DNA of 64,000 nt, taken from positions 18,784 to 82,783 of the forward strand of contig JAUCBJ010004254.1 of NCBI GenBank assembly GCA_032718475.1, written 5' to 3'. Positions 58,673 to 64,000 of the stretch are shown here, one piece after another. The stretch comes from Nemertoderma westbladi (Eukaryota; Animalia; Xenacoelomorpha). A program made the position numbers and the translations under genes. The notes beneath the pieces were generated by a model, which made no database searches, had not been told where the DNA came from, and worked only from the letters and a program-made list of their open reading frames with translations. Within the stretch, counting starts at the first letter, position 1. Each line of letters begins with the position of its first letter.

Positions 58673-60850
58673 GTACTACAGTATGTGTAACCATAATCGG
58701 GATTTTTTTTGTAGTAGCTAGTTTTGGCACTACTACAGTATTTTTACCCATAATCGGGATTTTTTTTGTAGTAGCTAGTTTTGGCACTACTACAGTATGT
58801 TTACCCATAACTGGGATTTTTTTTGTAGTAGCTTGTTTTGGCACTACTACAGTATGTGTACCAATAACCGGGATTTTATTTGTGGTAGCGTAAGCGTGTA
58901 CCCATAACCGGGATTTTTTTTGTAGTAGCTAGTTTTGGCACTACTACAGTATGTTTACCCTTAACCGGGATTTTTTTGTAGTAGCTTGTTTTGGCACTAC
59001 TACAGTATGTGTACCCATAACCGGGATTTTTTTTGTAGTAGCTAGTTTTGGCACTACTACAGTATGTTTACCCATAACCGGGATTTTTTTTGAAGTAGCT
59101 AGTTTTGGCACTACTACAGTATGTGTACCAATAACCGGGATTGTATTTGTGGTAGCGTAAGCGTATACCCATAACCGGAATTTGTTTTGTAGTAGCTAGT
59201 TTTGGCACTACTACAGTATGTTTACCCATAACCGGAATTTTTTTTGTAGTAGCTTGTTTTGGCACTACTACAGTATGTGTACCCATAACCGGGATTTTTT
59301 TTGTAGTAGCTAGTTTTGGCACTACTACAGTATGTTTACCCATAACCGGGATTTTTTTTGTAGTTCAGCTAGTTTTGGCACTACTACAGTATGTGCACCA
59401 ATAACCGGGATTTTATTTGTGGTAGCGTAAGCGTGTACCAATAACCGGGATTTTTTTTGTAGTAGCTTGTTTTGGCACTACTATAGTATGTGTACCCATA
59501 ACCAGGATTTTTTTTGTAGTAGCTAGTTTTGGCACTTCTACAGTATGTGTACCCATAACCGGGATTTTATTTGTAGTAGCGTAAGCGTGAACCCATAACC
59601 GGGATTTTTTTTGTAGTAGCTAGTTTTGGCACTACTACAGTATGTGTACCAATAACCGGGATTTTATTTGTGGTAGCGTAAGCGTGTACCCATAACCGGA
59701 ATTTTTTTGTAGTACCTAGTTTTGGCACTACTACAGTATGTGTACCCATAACCGGGATTTTTTTTGTAGTAGCTAGTTTTGGCACTACTACAGTATGTTT
59801 ACCCATAACCGGGATTTTATTTGTAGTAGCGTAAGCGTGAACCCATAACCGGGATTTTTTTTGTAGTAGCTAGTTTTGGCACTACTACAGTATGTGTACC
59901 AATAACCGGGATTTTATTTGTGGTAGCGTAAGCGTGTACCCATAACCGGAATTTTTTTGTAGTACCTAGTTTTGGCACTACTACAGTATGTGTACCCATA
60001 ACCGGGATTTTTTTTTGTAGTAGCTAGTTTTGGCACTACTACAGTATGTTTACCCATAACCGGGATTTTATTTGTAGTAGCGTAAGCGTGAACCCATAAC
60101 CGGGATTTTTTTTGTAGTAGCTAGTTTTGGCACTACTACAGTATGTGTACCAATAACCGGGATTTTATTTGTGGTAGCGTAAGCGTGTACCCATAACCGG
60201 AATTTTTTTGTAGTACCTAGTTTTGGCACTACTACAGTATGTGTACCCATAACCGGGATTTTTTTTGTAGTAGCTAGTTTTGGCACTACTACAGTATGTT
60301 TACCCATAACCGGGATTTTATTTGTAGTAGCGTGTACCAATAACCGGGATTTTTTTTGTAGTAGCTAGTTTTGGCACTACTACAGTATGTTTACCCATAA
60401 CCGGGATTTTATTTGTAGTAGCGTGTACCAATAACCGGGATTTTTTTTTTGTAGTAGCTAGTTTTGGCACTACAACAGTATGTGTACCAATAACCGGGAT
60501 TTTATTTGTGGTAGCGTAAGCGTGTACCCATAACCGGAATTTTTTTTGTAGTACCATAAGTTTTGGCACTACTACATTATGTGTACCAATAACCGGGATT
60601 TTTTTTGTAGTAGCTAGTTATGGCACTACTACAGTATGTGTACCAATAACCGGGATTTTTTTTGTAGTAGCTAGTTTTGGCACTACTACAGTATGTGTAC
60701 CAATAACCGGGATTTTATTTGTGGTAGCGTAAGCGTGTACCCATAACCGGAATTTTTTTTGTAGTAGCTAGTTTTGACTCTTCTACAGTATGTGTACCAA
60801 TAACCGGGATTTTATTTGTAGTAACTAGTTTTGGCACTACTATAGTGCGT
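58673..60850. repeat. Satellite of ~51-bp and ~34-bp related monomers with a ~250-bp higher-order repeat
   Basis: TGTAGTAGCTAGTTTTGGCACTACTACAGTATGTGTACCCATAACCGGGATTTT units; near-identical blocks start near 59567, 59817 and 60068. Confidence 0.95.
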
Positions 60851-61183
60851 GTATCCATTAGCTATTGTTATTTTTATGGTAGCTAGGGTTTTTAAAATTA
60901 CAAAACCAAATTTTTGGTACCTAATTTTTGATACATATTTGTCCATGATAATGGATATTATCATGATGTTTTTTTGTTCTAGAACATACATTTCACCTTC
61001 TGAGAGAGGTTAGTTATTTTTTTTTATTATGGTAGGTAGTGTTTTTAAAGGTAGCTAGTGATCTTAAAATTAAAAAAAATTGTTGTGCCCCTTATATTTA
61101 GACAATTTCCTTATCATCAATATATTCTCGAAATGACTAATAGAGAAATAAATCTAAAAAATTTTTGGATGCTCTGGAAAAGA

Positions 61184-63736
61184 TCAAGAAAATAATATTA
61201 TTAAACACGATAATGTTATAGGGACTGCTTGACCAACGGAATTTGTCGCACAACGTAAGTTGTTGAATCCCTTTGCTCGATGACCTTTATATAAATTAGC
61301 AAACACGTAAATATTCCTTAGAATCTGTTCCCAAGAGGCGACGTTTCTCCTTTGTGACTGAACCAAAGACATTATCACAAATTCAAAACAGCTAACAAGT
61401 AACCCGAGAACTATTCCGCCAACCAAAATGTAGAAAACGCCCTTGACTTCGTCGAATGGCAGCGCCGCATCACCGTCATCGAGTTCTCCTTCGTTCTCGC
61501 ATGTCGACCTATTTGTCCACCACTTCTCTCGCATGTGCTTCACCATGCCCGTAGCAACGAGGTTGAGGACGGCCAGATTGACGGGGTTGGACAGTTTGGA
61601 GTTGATTCGTGTCGCGATCCCATAACTGTTGTGGTTGAGCGGGGTCCCAACCATAACTGTGTTACACCCGTCTTGCGTGTTATCATATTCGTTCATCGTT
61701 TTCTCGAGTAAAAATGCGAATTGTTTAGCTCCGCGAGGCTTAGGTTTTCTCACTTTATTTATGCCCTCTTGCGTGGTCTTTGTGAATGTACCTCGGTGCT
61801 TCATGTAACTCCACATGGCTTGGAATGTAGGATCATCTGAATTGCGAAAGAAACTTTTTGATGCTCCACTGTCGATGATCCCATATTCGTATTCGCCGCG
61901 GGCTGTTTTTTGTACGAGATCCTTGGCGTCGGCAATGGGAGTTTTCATTCTCTGACTCGTCAAAAAAGCCGCGAGATTCGCGGTGTATGAACTGACGATT
62001 ATGAGACAGAAGAACCACCATGCCCCGCCTGCGACACGTGCCGGTGCCGACCTCGGGATTCGTTCAACCCCCTGGTGCATAAACGATGCCACAGTGAACC
62101 ACAAACTTGTAGACATTGAAAACCGACGACTAACACCCCTAACACTTACATCTGTTACAGGGCACATTTGGGAGACGATGACCAACACTACAGAGACGCT
62201 CACCACTGCCAACACAATGCACAACCAGATTTCGTATTGGAGTGGAGACCAGCAGGCCCACCATTTCTTAGCACCTGATTCTTTGTTCTTCTGAATCATA
62301 ATGGTGATACCGGCGTCATCAATGAAAGGTTTAGAGAAGTCAACAACGCTCTGCCGCTCTGCTGTAACTGTCAGGGGAGCCACCGCCATATCCGCCTCTC
62401 CCATAATCAACTCCCCAATCATGCCACTCCATTTTCCGGTATCGTCCATCGCTCCATACGTGTTGTCCCTCACCTGATGGATCCTGATTTTCTTTCCGAT
62501 TGCCTCTCCGATTTTCTCGGCCAATTCCACGCAAAAACCGATAAAGTCATTGTGGACTATATCTTCCACTGGAATGTTCGAATCAACAGACATGGCGAAC
62601 GGAGGATAAAGGAACGTGACAACATCGATGACATCGTCATTCAACTTTCGATTAAGCAGTGGAGCCTCTATCAGCCCTCCATTGTGGCTCCATTTGTAAG
62701 AAATAGTTTGCGAGGACCCATGGTTATATACCAACACAATATAACGAACGTTGCCAAAAGACGTATTAAATAATTCCCACACCGATTCATTAAATTTGGT
62801 AAAATTGCAATTCAATTTTGGCGAATTAACTCTATAAATATTACCATCATGTGCGGAAAACTTGCGGATAATTTCTAAGATATTTTGAATAATATCAAAG
62901 GTTATTTTTGAAATCGGGTTGAAATTGTTTTGTATTTGGCCCGAGTTACGGAAAGCTTCTACTGATAAACACGTAACGTTGGAAGTTCCTTTCATCTTAA
63001 AAGATTGACAATCCGTTCGCAGGTCTCCAATAATGTAATGAAAATCCGCAGTGAGCATATGGTGGGCACCCGCAACCTCAATATACCGCTTAAGATTCTC
63101 AGGTGATAGGAATAAGACAATTTGCCTCACATTGGTATCGCGGAATAGTATTGGATACAATTTGATTGAGCGTAACGGTCTCAATATTACTTCGAAGTTC
63201 TTTGAGAATATTGATGGATTTGATGCGTTTCTAGATATGGTAGATGAGTTACCCGATATGTAGGATAAATTGGCAGCTAATTTCATTGTTGCCATAGAGT
63301 CGTAAACCACGGCAACGCGTTCCCAATTCCACAGAATAAACAGGTCGTTAATCACCAAATTGAAATAAGTTTGAAACTGAAAGCAAAATGTATAGTTTGT
63401 GTTTGGTGGCAGTATAGTATTCGGCAGTATCACATTTGGTATCTTAAAAGTATTCGCAAATGTTTGAACTATATCCATGACAACAGGATGCGTAGTTAGT
63501 GTGCAAACTGCTACGACATCCTGATTGGCCCAGTCGCACAGACGTTCTCTCAAGGCCAACACGTAGCCATAGCTACTGGTATCTACGGTGTAGGAAACGT
63601 TTGTCTTGATCGCAGATTTAAATGCAGCCGAAATGTAATCGTCGTCAACAGAATTCAAAATAAACCCGACGTTAATATTGTTTGATTCTGGAAATATCGT
63701 GATGATCAGCGTTACTACAAAAGGCACAAAATTCAT
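61184..63736 (-). CDS. Ionotropic glutamate receptor subunit, AMPA/kainate-like (850 aa), single uninterrupted ORF
   Basis: Signal peptide, divergent ATD, GFCVEL, YG...WSGMIGEL, APLTVTAER..VVDFSKPF, M1-M4, SFMHQG pore, SYTANLAAF gate, FLLEKTMNEY, KWW...C, GVFYILVGG. Confidence 0.97.
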   Translation of the reverse strand: MNFVPFVVTLIITIFPESNNINVGFILNSVDDDYISAAFKSAIKTNVSYTVDTSSYGYVLALRERLCDWANQDVVAVCTLTTHPVVMDIVQTFANTFKIPNVILPNTILPPNTNYTFCFQFQTYFNLVINDLFILWNWERVAVVYDSMATMKLAANLSYISGNSSTISRNASNPSIFSKNFEVILRPLRSIKLYPILFRDTNVRQIVLFLSPENLKRYIEVAGAHHMLTADFHYIIGDLRTDCQSFKMKGTSNVTCLSVEAFRNSGQIQNNFNPISKITFDIIQNILEIIRKFSAHDGNIYRVNSPKLNCNFTKFNESVWELFNTSFGNVRYIVLVYNHGSSQTISYKWSHNGGLIEAPLLNRKLNDDVIDVVTFLYPPFAMSVDSNIPVEDIVHNDFIGFCVELAEKIGEAIGKKIRIHQVRDNTYGAMDDTGKWSGMIGELIMGEADMAVAPLTVTAERQSVVDFSKPFIDDAGITIMIQKNKESGAKKWWACWSPLQYEIWLCIVLAVVSVSVVLVIVSQMCPVTDVSVRGVSRRFSMSTSLWFTVASFMHQGVERIPRSAPARVAGGAWWFFCLIIVSSYTANLAAFLTSQRMKTPIADAKDLVQKTARGEYEYGIIDSGASKSFFRNSDDPTFQAMWSYMKHRGTFTKTTQEGINKVRKPKPRGAKQFAFLLEKTMNEYDNTQDGCNTVMVGTPLNHNSYGIATRINSKLSNPVNLAVLNLVATGMVKHMREKWWTNRSTCENEGELDDGDAALPFDEVKGVFYILVGGIVLGLLVSCFEFVIMSLVQSQRRNVASWEQILRNIYVFANLYKGHRAKGFNNLRCATNSVGQAVPITLSCLIILFS

Positions 63737-64000
63737 TATATTACAATTCGTTCATCCGTTTTACATAATGATATAAATGATATCTGCAGCCACTAATATT
63801 CCAACTTATCTATTAAATGTACAAAAAACTCGACTAAGCATGATAAACAGGCGATGTCATATATAATGGACAACAGTACGGTAGAGAGCAAGATGTAACT
63901 GAATCCACACCATAAATGCATTCAATGCGCGCATCTCAAGTTCCTTTGGGTTCTGTTTATGGATCTCTCAGGTATAAACTAATTTCGGCGTAAAGGAAAA

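Noticed and set aside
58951-60569. Repeated ORFs and CRISPR-like periodicity in the satellite
   Set aside because: No unique spacers or cas genes; eukaryotic satellite translated by chance.

Overview
Repeat-dense, AT-rich animal (invertebrate-type) genomic window; most of it is transposable-element derived. Host genes: an uninterrupted 850-aa AMPA/kainate-like ionotropic glutamate receptor (61184-63736, minus), a TRPM-like channel locus broken into an intact 2.8-kb N-terminal-to-pore ORF and a frameshifted, apparently paralogous pore/S6/TRP-box piece (32323-39397, minus), an orphan 291-aa tail-anchored ORF and a PSMC1/Rpt2 C-terminal fragment. Mobile DNA: a 12.5-kb RT-deleted Bel/Pao element with near-identical 1.16-kb LTRs and a decayed extra 3' ORF; an intact CsRn1-like Gypsy with a -1 frameshift signal, nested in a piggyBac-like MITE that itself splits a hAT-type transposase fossil; four copies of that MITE; two RTE-like LINE families with (TAG)n tails, one full-length copy sitting inside an older copy of itself; CRE-like, CR1-like, Helitron-like, Crypton-like and SINE remnants; a minimal type I hammerhead ribozyme; several minisatellites. 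All calls are by eye without database searches. No single new system is proven. The best leads are His at the iGluR Q/R site, the duplicated TRPM pore segment, the self-targeting LINE site and the hammerhead with an adjacent structured region.
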